Source of the DNA: Bacteroidales bacterium
GTDB lineage: Bacteria; Bacteroidota; Bacteroidia; Bacteroidales; WCHB1-69
Direction of reading: 5' to 3'
NCBI GenBank assembly: GCA_016290715.1
Contig: JAEEUY010000194.1
Location: forward strand, 1-42,143
Length of the DNA: 42,143 nt
Shown: one piece after another, positions 7,777-16,180 of the stretch
Position numbering within the stretch: position 1 is the first letter of the stretch
Layout of the letters: each line of letters begins with the position of its first letter
The notes under the pieces: model-generated
Seen by the model: only the letters and a program-made list of their open reading frames with translations
The model's database searches: none
What the model was told of the DNA's origin: nothing
Program-made: the position numbers and the translations under genes

Positions 7777-8134
7777 CATTTTTATTTCTGATGTACGATT
7801 ATTTTTTTATAAGTTATCTTTCTCTTTTGTCTTGACAAAAAAAAGAAAAGGCAAGGCCATAAGTTTTAGCGGACGGTAATGATATTCATAAGTGATGATT
7901 TTTCATTTACAAGATAAAATGGGGCATTCCGTAAAAAAAAAATATTTTGGTCACTATTGGAAGAAAATGAACATTTTGTCAGAAAAAGCGACAGATTGTC
8001 GCATATAAATGGACAAAATGACAAAAAAAACGGATGGCACACCCTTTGCAACTAAAAGAACGGTTGCGAAAGCGAAAGCGGGAACAACCAAGAAAAAAAA
8101 TAAAAGTTTAACCATTAAAAAACGGAGGTGTATT

Positions 8135-8560
8135 ATGTTACCAGTAATGTTTAAAAACAGTTGGTTTCCAACAGTATTTGAAGATTTTATGAACAACGAC
8201 TTTATGCCTCGTGCCAACACAACAGCACCGGCGGTCAATGTGAAAGTAGATGAAAAGGCGTACACGATGGAAGTGGCTGCGCCTGGTATCAAGAAAGAGT
8301 TCTGCCGTATAAGCATCAACGATGAGGGCAATTTAAGCATTGCCATCGAAAACAAAGTGGAACACAAAGAGAGTGATAAAAAACAGCACTATCTGCGCCG
8401 TGAATTCTCTTATACCAACTACGAACAGGCATACACTTTGCCCGAAGATGTAGATAGAGAAAACATCACTGCCAAAGTTGAACATGGGATTCTTACAGTT
8501 ACTCTTCCTAGGGTACAGAAGAAAGAGCAAAAATGCTCACGCAACATCAACATTGGATAA
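8135..8560 (+). CDS. Small heat-shock protein, Hsp20/alpha-crystallin family
   Basis: 141 aa from ATG 8135, which is preceded by GGAGG. NSWFPTVFEDFMNNDF...PAVNVKVDEKAYTMEVAAPGIKKEF...AKVEHGILTVTLPRV shows the alpha-crystallin domain with the conserved G-x-L-x-V/I-x-L-P motif. The track ORF begins in-frame at 8009 with a Lys-rich extension; see findings. Confidence 0.85.
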   Translation: MLPVMFKNSWFPTVFEDFMNNDFMPRANTTAPAVNVKVDEKAYTMEVAAPGIKKEFCRISINDEGNLSIAIENKVEHKESDKKQHYLRREFSYTNYEQAYTLPEDVDRENITAKVEHGILTVTLPRVQKKEQKCSRNINIG

Positions 8561-8584
8561 TCCATCCATTGGAAAAGACACAAA

Positions 8585-8618
8585 AGAGCCGCAACTTCAT
8601 TATGCGGCTCTTTTTTTT
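8585..8618 (+). terminator. Rho-independent terminator after hsp20
   Basis: AGAGCCGCA-(9 nt loop)-TGCGGCTCT is a perfect 9-bp stem followed by T8. Confidence 0.8.
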
Positions 8619-8676
8619 ATCAATCCCGGAGCAAACAGTCTTTAATTAATTATCTGGTCTGCGACTAAAAAACTAA

Positions 8677-9477
8677 TTATAATTGCTGTATAGGGAACTT
8701 AAAATAAGTATCCGGATACGGCTCGTTGCGCAAAGTAAAATGCCACCACTCATTTTCGTAAGGCTTAAAACCATGCTTTAACATAGCACGGCGCAGAATC
8801 ATACGGTTCTGGAATTGGGCTTTGGTAATGGTGTCGTTAGAACGGTAAACTTGGGTTTGAGGATTGCCGCCACAATCGGGGTGGCTTTCATTTCCGAACC
8901 AGTCGAAAGTAGCGCCCATATCCACTTCTTTTTCGGTTCTCATATCAAACAGTGTCAAATCCACAGTAGAGCCGCGAGAGTGCCCACTTTGTTTTGCTAT
9001 GTAACCCAACTCAAAGAGTCGGGATTTATCCACTTGCGGGTAAAAATAGGTTTTCATGGTGGTGTCTTGCAGGTCTTTGCCCCATCTCACGAAATGATCA
9101 ACAGCCATTTGCGGACGGTAGGCATCGTAAATTTTCAGGCGGTAGCCCTGTGCCAAAAGTTCATCGCTAACGGCACGCAAACTATCGGCTGCTTCACGGG
9201 TGAGCAGTGCGGTTGGCTGCCAATAGCCGTCAACTCTGACACCAATAAAGTTGTAGGTGCTATAGTAACGAATTTCGAGAATAGCATCAGGCACCACATC
9301 AGTAAGTGTTACAAAACCACTCATACCAGTAGTGTCGTAATCGGCTGCGTTGACAATAGAAGTACTATCGGAAGGGGCAACAGCAACGGCGCTTTCGTTT
9401 TTCGCTTTCCCTTTGCAAGCCGCTGCCAACAGCAAGATAAAACATGCTAAAAAACTAATAATAACTAATCTTTTCAT
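8677..9477 (-). CDS. D-alanyl-D-alanine dipeptidase, VanX/DdpX (M15D) family, with signal peptide/lipobox
   Basis: 266 aa. SGHSRGSTVDLTL (the H-x6-D zinc ligands) and NEWWHF (catalytic Glu and His) are the VanX-family signatures. The N-terminus MKRLVIISFLACFILLLAAAC looks like an exported lipoprotein signal. Confidence 0.8.
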   Translation of the reverse strand: MKRLVIISFLACFILLLAAACKGKAKNESAVAVAPSDSTSIVNAADYDTTGMSGFVTLTDVVPDAILEIRYYSTYNFIGVRVDGYWQPTALLTREAADSLRAVSDELLAQGYRLKIYDAYRPQMAVDHFVRWGKDLQDTTMKTYFYPQVDKSRLFELGYIAKQSGHSRGSTVDLTLFDMRTEKEVDMGATFDWFGNESHPDCGGNPQTQVYRSNDTITKAQFQNRMILRRAMLKHGFKPYENEWWHFTLRNEPYPDTYFKFPIQQL

Positions 9478-9538
9478 AGGATTTTTATTTTGTCAATAAA
9501 TTATCTCTTCCATCATTAAACCGGATGAATCAATGGTG

Positions 9539-9546
9539 CAAAAATA
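9539..9546 (-). promoter_or_regulatory. Bacteroidota-type -7 box for the dipeptidase gene
   Basis: Plus-strand CAAAAATA is TATTTTTG on the minus strand, 62 nt upstream of start 9477. Confidence 0.4.
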
Positions 9547-9698
9547 CAAAATTCCCGACATTCTGTGGCTGAAACTGGGAATATACAGACCTCCCTAACA
9601 ATGGCATACTTTCTACATTTAATTATTAATTATCCATTGCTAATAATCAATTCTTCATTGTTCACAGAACACGTTACCCTCTGATAAGAAAAAAGTAG

Positions 9699-9706
9699 TA
9701 TTTTTG
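9699..9706 (+). promoter_or_regulatory. Bacteroidota-type -7 box for the 9735..15402 plus-strand gene string
   Basis: TATTTTTG lies 29 nt upstream of ATG 9735. Confidence 0.45.
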
Positions 9707-9734
9707 CAGAAATTTTACAATCAGATATTATCGG

Positions 9735-10805
9735 ATGGATAAAAAAAACAGAATATGGGATATCACCAAAAAGGTAGTGAAATTTCTACTATTCTTTGGA
9801 ATAGGTATTCTGTTCATTTATCTATCAATGAAAGATTTAACAGCAGCCGACAAGCAACAAATCCGAGATAGCATCAAAGAAGTGAAGACAGGGGGGGCTT
9901 GGATATTCTTAGCATTATCGTTTGCCATTGGTGTAGTTGCCGATTTTCTGCGGTCGGAGCGTAATCGGTTATTGTTGCAACCCATGGGATACAACATACG
10001 ACACAGCATGGCTTTCTATTCCGTGATGGTATGCTATTTGGCCAATTTAGCCTTCCCTCGGTTAGGGGAAGTGCTACGCTGTTCGTTTTTGCAACGCTAT
10101 GAAAAAGTGCCTTTTCAAAAATCGCTGGGAACGGTTGTAACAGAGCGCGCTGTGGATTTCATCTTTTTATTGGCCGTATTAGGAAGTGCCATTCTATTGA
10201 ATACGAATGTATTATCCCAACTCAAAATAGATAACCAAGGAACCTCTTTAGGTGCTTTTTTAAGTCAGATGGGTTACAATCTCCTACATGGCTACAAGAT
10301 GTACATTATATTGGGAATTTTGGTTATTTGCTGTATCGTCGTACATGTTACCCGAAGATGGTGGAATCGAATCGTTTTTTTTCAGAAAGTAAAACATTTT
10401 TTTATCGGTTTGGGACAAGGATTGTTATCCATCAAAGATTTGCACCACCCATGGTTGTTCATTTTCTACTCTTTTGCCATCTGGATTGCCTATTTTCTAC
10501 AAACATACGTTTGCTTTTACGCTTTTGACTTTTTAGTAGGGTTTGATGCTTTAATGGTATTTCTGGTATTTGCTTTTGCCAATTTAGGCTTTATTATTGG
10601 TCCTGGCGGTTTGGGAGTATATCCACTTATTGTGGCCGGGATGTTAGTGCTTTACGGTTACGATTACAATGCGGGGTTGGCTGCAGGTTGGGTCGGATGG
10701 AGCGTGCAAACGTTGATGGTACTCTCCTTAGGGGCATTCTCGCTCATAGCGGTATCATTTATGAAACGCACCAGCGAAATAGAAGAAACAAATAACAACA
10801 TATAA
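9735..10805 (+). CDS. Flippase-like / lysylphosphatidylglycerol-synthase transmembrane-region family membrane protein (UPF0104)
   Basis: 356 aa with about 8 TM helices. The FLRSERNRLLL and ANLAFPRLGEVLRC region resembles the conserved R-x-R/PxRxGE segment of LPG_synthase_TM family proteins. Confidence 0.5.
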   Translation: MDKKNRIWDITKKVVKFLLFFGIGILFIYLSMKDLTAADKQQIRDSIKEVKTGGAWIFLALSFAIGVVADFLRSERNRLLLQPMGYNIRHSMAFYSVMVCYLANLAFPRLGEVLRCSFLQRYEKVPFQKSLGTVVTERAVDFIFLLAVLGSAILLNTNVLSQLKIDNQGTSLGAFLSQMGYNLLHGYKMYIILGILVICCIVVHVTRRWWNRIVFFQKVKHFFIGLGQGLLSIKDLHHPWLFIFYSFAIWIAYFLQTYVCFYAFDFLVGFDALMVFLVFAFANLGFIIGPGGLGVYPLIVAGMLVLYGYDYNAGLAAGWVGWSVQTLMVLSLGAFSLIAVSFMKRTSEIEETNNNI

Positions 10806-10807
10806 TT

Positions 10808-11287
10808 ATGTCCACCATAGAAAATATAACGAAGAAGATTATCCGTCCGTCGCAGTGGGAGACTATTCGCACAAGAGAGCACTACCAAAAGGTGGTGTTC
10901 ACCAATGGCTGCTTCGACTTGCTGCACCGTGGACATATCACCTATTTGGCACAAGCACGCGATCTTGGCGATTGTCTCGTGGTAGGTCTCAACACCGATG
11001 CTTCTGTTAAAAGATTGAAAGGAGTCTCCCGTCCCATTAACCGCGAAAACGACCGCGCCCTCCTTCTCGCTGCCCTCACCTCTGTCAACTACGTAGTGCT
11101 CTTTGATGAAGACACCCCCCTGCAACTCATCCGACAAATTTCACCTGATGTTTTGGTAAAAGGCGGCGACTACGCCATCAAAGATATTGTTGGAGCATCC
11201 ATAGTTATTGAAAAAGGAGGCAGTGTACAAACACTTCCATTCGTAAATGGCTATTCTTCCACTAATCTCATTCATCAAATAAAATGA
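10808..11287 (+). CDS. rfaE2: D-glycero-beta-D-manno-heptose-1-phosphate adenylyltransferase (stand-alone RfaE domain II, cytidylyltransferase fold)
   Basis: 159 aa. VVFTNGCFDLLHRGHITYLAQAR carries the (H/T)xGH nucleotidyltransferase motif. VNYVVLFDEDTP and LVKGGDY are typical of RfaE-II. Confidence 0.85.
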   Translation: MSTIENITKKIIRPSQWETIRTREHYQKVVFTNGCFDLLHRGHITYLAQARDLGDCLVVGLNTDASVKRLKGVSRPINRENDRALLLAALTSVNYVVLFDEDTPLQLIRQISPDVLVKGGDYAIKDIVGASIVIEKGGSVQTLPFVNGYSSTNLIHQIK

Positions 11288-12090
11288 AAAAAACAATACA
11301 ATTTATCGCTTTATACTTTGTCATCTTTTGTGCCGGTGCACAAGACAATCGTTATTCTTTCATCAAGGAAGATTATGAAATTCCTGCCAACGGGATCTAT
11401 CATACATGGGATTCTTCCAAGACATACACCCAAGAACTCACGATTCCCTTCGATGAAAACGGGCATTTGAAAGTTATCCTTGTGGAAGACAATTCTCCTT
11501 TCCAGACTCCTTGCGATTATCAAAATGTGGTCAGTTCTTTTAGCAAAAACAACACGGGGGTTGATTTAAAAGTTTCTGCCAACAGTGAGGCCCGTTGTTG
11601 TTTTGATGGCGTAGTGCGTGCCGCCGGCGAGTTCCCTTCCATAGGAAAATTAATTATCGTCCGTCATTACAACGGTTTGGAAACCGTCTATTCCCATTTG
11701 GAATCCATAGCTGTAAAACCGAACCAAAAAGTTACCGCTGGACAAAGGCTGGGAACCATTGGAAAAATGGGGGGCTCCACACAACTTCATTTTGAAGTTC
11801 GCTTTATGAACGCCGCCATCAATCCTGCCCATCTTATTGATTTTGCTACAAAAGAGTTGCGCAGCAATGTATTGGTTATCCGTAGCGAAGAGATTTCCTC
11901 TTCGTTAGAAATCACTTCCACCACATTGCCCACCAACGGCAATACACGCTTCTACGTAGTGCAACCCGGTGATACCCTTTCCAAAATTGCCCAAGACCAC
12001 CATGTATCAGTAGAGAAATTATATCGTTGGAACAATCTTACAGAACATAGTATCCTCCAGTTGGGACAAAAGATCAGAGTAAGTGAATAA
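11284..12090 (+). CDS. M23/LytM-domain protein with degenerate active site plus C-terminal LysM domain (NlpD/EnvC-like)
   Basis: 268 aa with a signal peptide. The LytM core is NTGVDLKV...VRHYNGLETVYSHLESIAV...GQRLGTIGKMGGSTQLHFEVRF. LysM is YVVQPGDTLSKIAQDHHVSVEKLYRWNNL...LQLGQKIRV. The start overlaps the rfaE2 stop (ATGA). Confidence 0.8.
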   Translation: MKKTIQFIALYFVIFCAGAQDNRYSFIKEDYEIPANGIYHTWDSSKTYTQELTIPFDENGHLKVILVEDNSPFQTPCDYQNVVSSFSKNNTGVDLKVSANSEARCCFDGVVRAAGEFPSIGKLIIVRHYNGLETVYSHLESIAVKPNQKVTAGQRLGTIGKMGGSTQLHFEVRFMNAAINPAHLIDFATKELRSNVLVIRSEEISSSLEITSTTLPTNGNTRFYVVQPGDTLSKIAQDHHVSVEKLYRWNNLTEHSILQLGQKIRVSE

Positions 12091-12112
12091 TCTGTTCAAT
12101 TAATTCAATGTA

Positions 12113-13186
12113 GTGTGTATGACTAATATAAAAGATACTGAAGCGTTCCCAGAGGTGAATGAAGAACGAGACGAATTATACGAACATTTTCGTTTTACGG
12201 TAGATCCGGGAACAGAATTGGTTCGGATGGACAAATACTTGATGAACCTCTTGGCCAACACCTCGCGAAATAAAATACAACAGGCAGCAAAAGCAAGTTG
12301 CATTTTGGTGAACGGGAAAGCTGAAAAATCCAACTATCGTGTTCATCCCCATGATGTTATCACTATTTTACTCCCCCATCCCCCACGGGAAATTGAAATT
12401 ATTGCAGAAGATATTCCCCTCCAAATCCCCTACGAAGATGATGATTTGATTATCATCAACAAACCTGCCGGGCTGGTCGTACACCCTGCGTACGGCAACT
12501 ATACAGGGACACTGGTCAATGCTCTTACCTACCATTTCCAAAACCAAAAAGACTCGGAAGGAAAGGCCATCCGGCCGCTTTTGGTACACCGCATCGACAA
12601 AAACACATCCGGCATCATGATTGTGGCAAAATCTGAAATTGCCCAAATGAAGTTGGCAGCTAACTTTTTTGAGCATAGCATAAATCGCAAATATCGCGCT
12701 TTGGTGTGGGGCGACTTTCCTGAAGATGAAGGGACTATTGTTGGTAATGTGGGGCGGAATCCTAAGGATCGTTTAGTGATGACTGTTTTCCCCGATGGCG
12801 AAGCAGGAAAGCATGCAGTAACACACTATAAGGTGATTGAGCGCTTTGGTTACGTAACGTTGGTGGAATGTCAATTGGAAACAGGACGCACGCATCAGAT
12901 TCGTGTACACATGAAGTACGCAGGACATCCGCTGTTCAATGATGAAACATATGGTGGCGACCAGATTATCAAAGGAACGACTTTCACCAAATACAAACAA
13001 TTCATCAAAAACTGTTTTTCACTAATGCCGCGGCAGGCGTTGCATGCAAAATCCCTTGGCTTTCATCACCCCACCACAGGGGAATATATGCTTTTCGATT
13101 CCGAAATGCCCGATGATTTTGCTGCTGTGCTTGACAAATGGCGCAATTATGCCAAGCATAAAGAATATATTGAAGACGACGAATAA
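12113..13186 (+). CDS. rluD: RluA/RluD-family 23S rRNA pseudouridine synthase
   Basis: 357 aa. An S4 domain (RMDKYLMNLLANTSRNKIQQ) is followed by the catalytic HRIDKNTSGIMIVAK and the GRTHQIRVH motif. Confidence 0.85.
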   Translation: MCMTNIKDTEAFPEVNEERDELYEHFRFTVDPGTELVRMDKYLMNLLANTSRNKIQQAAKASCILVNGKAEKSNYRVHPHDVITILLPHPPREIEIIAEDIPLQIPYEDDDLIIINKPAGLVVHPAYGNYTGTLVNALTYHFQNQKDSEGKAIRPLLVHRIDKNTSGIMIVAKSEIAQMKLAANFFEHSINRKYRALVWGDFPEDEGTIVGNVGRNPKDRLVMTVFPDGEAGKHAVTHYKVIERFGYVTLVECQLETGRTHQIRVHMKYAGHPLFNDETYGGDQIIKGTTFTKYKQFIKNCFSLMPRQALHAKSLGFHHPTTGEYMLFDSEMPDDFAAVLDKWRNYAKHKEYIEDDE

Positions 13187-13192
13187 AGAACC

Positions 13193-14380
13193 ATGAAAAA
13201 AATCATTCTTCAAAAAGGAAAAGAGAAATCGCTTTTGCGATACCACCCGTGGGTATTTTCGGGAGCCATTTCAAAACAAGATGAGAACATTCATGATGGC
13301 GACATCGTGGAGGTGTATGATTTTGCCCATCAATATTTGGCAACAGGACACTATCACAATAGTTCCACCTGTGTTAAGATTTTCAGCTTTGAGCAGATTG
13401 TCCCTGATGAGCATTTTTGGCAATCAAAAATTGATGCAGCGGCACATTTTCGCGAGAAGATTGGATTACTCAACAGTGTTGACACTACCCTATTCCGGTT
13501 GGTGAATGGCGAAGGCGACGGCATGCCTGGCCTCATCATCGACTGGTTTGACGGGAATATCGTGTTGCAATTTCACTCATACGGAATGTATTTGCTGCGA
13601 GAGACCCTTGTGGATATTTTACACCAACACTTCGGAAACCGCCTCCACTCTATCTATGATAAAAGTGTGGCCACTTTGCCTGAGATAAAAGGATTCCAAC
13701 CCCAAAATGAATTAGTGTACGGGGCATTCAATGAAGTGAAGGTTAAAGAGAATGGGATTCCTTTTTACATTGACATCATCAAAGGACAGAAAACGGGATT
13801 CTTTATCGACCAGCGCGACAACCGGCAATTGGTGCAATCTTTCTCCTCCCAACGCAAGGTGCTCAATTTATTTTGCTACACAGGCGGATTTTCTTCCTAC
13901 GCCTTAGCTGGAGGTGCTATGCATGTTGATTCGGTAGATATTTCCCAGAAAGCCATCGACTACACCGAAAAGAACATTGCCGAGATGGGCGAAAACATAG
14001 CTGTCCGGCACCATTCATACACCGAAAATGTATTTGATTTTTTAGAAAATATTCCTGATAATGAATATGATGTAATTGTTTTGGACCCGCCGGCGTTTGC
14101 CAAACACCACAAAGTAAAAGATCAAGGGATTAAAGGCTACCGGAACCTGAATAGGAAAGCGTTGCAAAAAGTAAAAAAAGGGGGGTTCTTGTTTACTTTT
14201 TCTTGTTCACAAGCCATCTCCAAAGAGGATTTCCAAACCATTGTTTTTTCAGCTGCCGCTATGGAAAGGAAAACCATCCGGGTGGTAAAACACTTAGAGG
14301 CTGCGATAGACCACCCTGTAGATATTTTCCACCCCGAAGGAAGTTACCTTAAGGGGTTGTTGCTTTACGTAGAACACTGA
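13193..14380 (+). CDS. rlmI: Class I SAM-dependent 23S rRNA m5C methyltransferase (RlmI/YccW family, PUA domain N-terminal)
   Basis: 395 aa. HPWVFSGAI belongs to the PUA region, VLNLFCYTGGFS is the SAM motif I, and VIVLDPPAFAK is motif IV. Confidence 0.8.
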   Translation: MKKIILQKGKEKSLLRYHPWVFSGAISKQDENIHDGDIVEVYDFAHQYLATGHYHNSSTCVKIFSFEQIVPDEHFWQSKIDAAAHFREKIGLLNSVDTTLFRLVNGEGDGMPGLIIDWFDGNIVLQFHSYGMYLLRETLVDILHQHFGNRLHSIYDKSVATLPEIKGFQPQNELVYGAFNEVKVKENGIPFYIDIIKGQKTGFFIDQRDNRQLVQSFSSQRKVLNLFCYTGGFSSYALAGGAMHVDSVDISQKAIDYTEKNIAEMGENIAVRHHSYTENVFDFLENIPDNEYDVIVLDPPAFAKHHKVKDQGIKGYRNLNRKALQKVKKGGFLFTFSCSQAISKEDFQTIVFSAAAMERKTIRVVKHLEAAIDHPVDIFHPEGSYLKGLLLYVEH

Positions 14381-14382
14381 TA

Positions 14383-15402
14383 ATGGAAAAAATAAAATTA
14401 CAAACAGGAAGTAACCAGAACTGCGACATCTTCGTTACACACAATCTATCGCACACCCCCACTTTTTTTCAGGAATATATCGCTCCCACACGCCGCTACA
14501 TGGCAGTGATAGACGAAAAAGTAGAACAACTTTATGGGGATCTTTTTCCTTTTGAAAAAATCATTTTTCATGCTGACGAAACCAACAAATCGTGGACTAT
14601 TGCAGGCGAGATCATTCAGCAACTCATCGAAAAACAAGCAGATAAAGATATTTTTCTACTTGGTATCGGTGGAGGCATCACCACCGATATAACAGGATTT
14701 GTGGCTTCCATTTATAAGCGCGGGGTGGATTTTGGCTTCATCCCTACCACTCTTTTAGCAATGATTGATGCGGCCATAGGCGGGAAAAACGGACTTAATA
14801 TACTGGAATTCAAAAATATGGTAGGCACCATCCGTCAACCACAATGGATATATGCGAACACATCTTTTTTAAAGACCTTTTCCAAAGACAAACTATACCA
14901 AGGAATTCCTGAAATGTTGAAAGTTTTCCTTATTGATGGCAATGATTATTTTGCTGCTGCCGATTTTTTGGTAAGACAATACAACGGGGAACTTTTTGCT
15001 ACTGAAGAGGAAGTTCAGCAGTGGATATACTTCATTACCAAAGCGATAGAAATAAAATGTGGATTCGTTAGACAAGATGAAACAGACGGTGGCTCCCGCC
15101 GGTTGCTGAATTTGGGGCATACGTACGCCCACGCCATAGAACATTGCACCCAACAATACACACACGGTGAAGCTGTGGGCATCGGTTTGATATTTGCCGC
15201 ACAACAAGGAGACTTTCCACATCTAAACCATTTGATTCACACACTCCAAAGCTGCCATCTCCCCTGCTCACTTCCTACTAATCTTACCATCAAAGATTTA
15301 CACGCCGCCATGCTTCAAGACAAAAAAATAAAAAACCAACGCCTTCCTTTCATCATTCTAAAAGACGTTGGTAATGTAACTTTCGCCGAAAAGCAACTTT
15401 AA
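14383..15402 (+). CDS. aroB: 3-dehydroquinate synthase
   Basis: 339 aa. GIGGGITTDITGFVASIYKRGVDFGFIPTTLLAMIDAAIGGKNGLN and LNLGHTYAHAIE...HGEAVGIG match the AroB NAD- and metal-binding motifs. Confidence 0.85.
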   Translation: MEKIKLQTGSNQNCDIFVTHNLSHTPTFFQEYIAPTRRYMAVIDEKVEQLYGDLFPFEKIIFHADETNKSWTIAGEIIQQLIEKQADKDIFLLGIGGGITTDITGFVASIYKRGVDFGFIPTTLLAMIDAAIGGKNGLNILEFKNMVGTIRQPQWIYANTSFLKTFSKDKLYQGIPEMLKVFLIDGNDYFAAADFLVRQYNGELFATEEEVQQWIYFITKAIEIKCGFVRQDETDGGSRRLLNLGHTYAHAIEHCTQQYTHGEAVGIGLIFAAQQGDFPHLNHLIHTLQSCHLPCSLPTNLTIKDLHAAMLQDKKIKNQRLPFIILKDVGNVTFAEKQL

Positions 15403-15405
15403 AAC

Positions 15406-15897
15406 TTAACGCGTTCCTTCCCCTAATCTCCCCTCTTTTTGCTTTGAAACAGCCATACGCAAGAATTTCTTTTCACACTTATAGTAAGCATCCATCTCTT
15501 GCGGAGTAAGCGCTTTTTTCAACTTTTCAAAAAAAGCCTCTTCTGCCACTAATAGTTTTTTCTTGGTCTGTAAATTAATGCTATATTTTTGCAGAATTTG
15601 TTCATCAGTAAGTGCGGTAGTATCCCCTCTGTGAGGCAAATTAGCCTGACTTTTCAACTGATTCTGCTCTTTATATATTCTCATTTCAGCCTCCGTATAT
15701 TCATCATACGCAGTCCAAAAAGCCGCTTCGCGATCGGAAGCCACCTCAAAATTAGTCTTGATATAATTCTTTTTCATATCCATCATTGCCTGATGATTAT
15801 GACCTTTAAGGGTGGGTGCCTTGTTTGCTTCCTGAGCGTACCCATCACTTAATAAGCAAGATACGATAATAACAAAAAATAAAATAACTCTTTTCAT
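15406..15897 (-). CDS. Secreted helical protein with LTxxQ-like motifs (Spy/CpxP-like?), function unknown
   Basis: 163 aa with a signal peptide ending GYAQ. It is a Lys/Glu-rich helical sequence with LTDEQ and LTPQE motifs. It is convergent with aroB with only a 3-nt gap. Confidence 0.4.
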   Translation of the reverse strand: MKRVILFFVIIVSCLLSDGYAQEANKAPTLKGHNHQAMMDMKKNYIKTNFEVASDREAAFWTAYDEYTEAEMRIYKEQNQLKSQANLPHRGDTTALTDEQILQKYSINLQTKKKLLVAEEAFFEKLKKALTPQEMDAYYKCEKKFLRMAVSKQKEGRLGEGTR

Positions 15898-16073
15898 ATC
15901 CTTTCTATTCCATGAAAAAAAATCAATAAAAACATATTAGACTCCGCCATCTTTCAAAAGTTAAATGAAGATAATGTTTTTTTTGAAATTTTCAAGATCA
16001 AATCTATAATGGCGGAATATAAACAACATTTGTTTTTATGGAAGAACTTTAAAGAACATACTAAAAAAATGTG

Positions 16074-16081
16074 TACCTTTG
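16074..16081 (+). promoter_or_regulatory. Bacteroidota-type -7 box for the nqr operon
   Basis: TACCTTTG lies 100 nt upstream of the nqrA ATG. Confidence 0.45.
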
Positions 16082-16180
16082 CTCCCTGTTTTGACGGTCA
16101 AATAGACTCATCCAAAACAAATATAATAAACTAATTATCAAACTATTATACTAATAATCCAAAAGAAACAAGACAAGAGA

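Noticed and set aside
7753-7779. Upstream ATG (7779) for lipocalin-like paralog A
   Set aside because: A TAnnTTTG -7 box (7769..7776, minus strand) lies inside this extension, so transcription probably starts downstream of it. ATG 7752 gives a clean lipoprotein signal.
8009-8134. Track start of the hsp20 ORF, which adds a 42-aa Lys-rich N-terminal extension
   Set aside because: Not used as the annotated start. The canonical sHSP N-terminus and length (141 aa) begin at ATG 8135 behind GGAGG. The extension is kept as an open question in the findings.
8815-9450. 211-aa plus-strand ORF overlapping the D-Ala-D-Ala dipeptidase gene
   Set aside because: The opposite strand carries the complete VanX catalytic signatures and a signal peptide. 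This frame has no motifs and is judged a shadow ORF.
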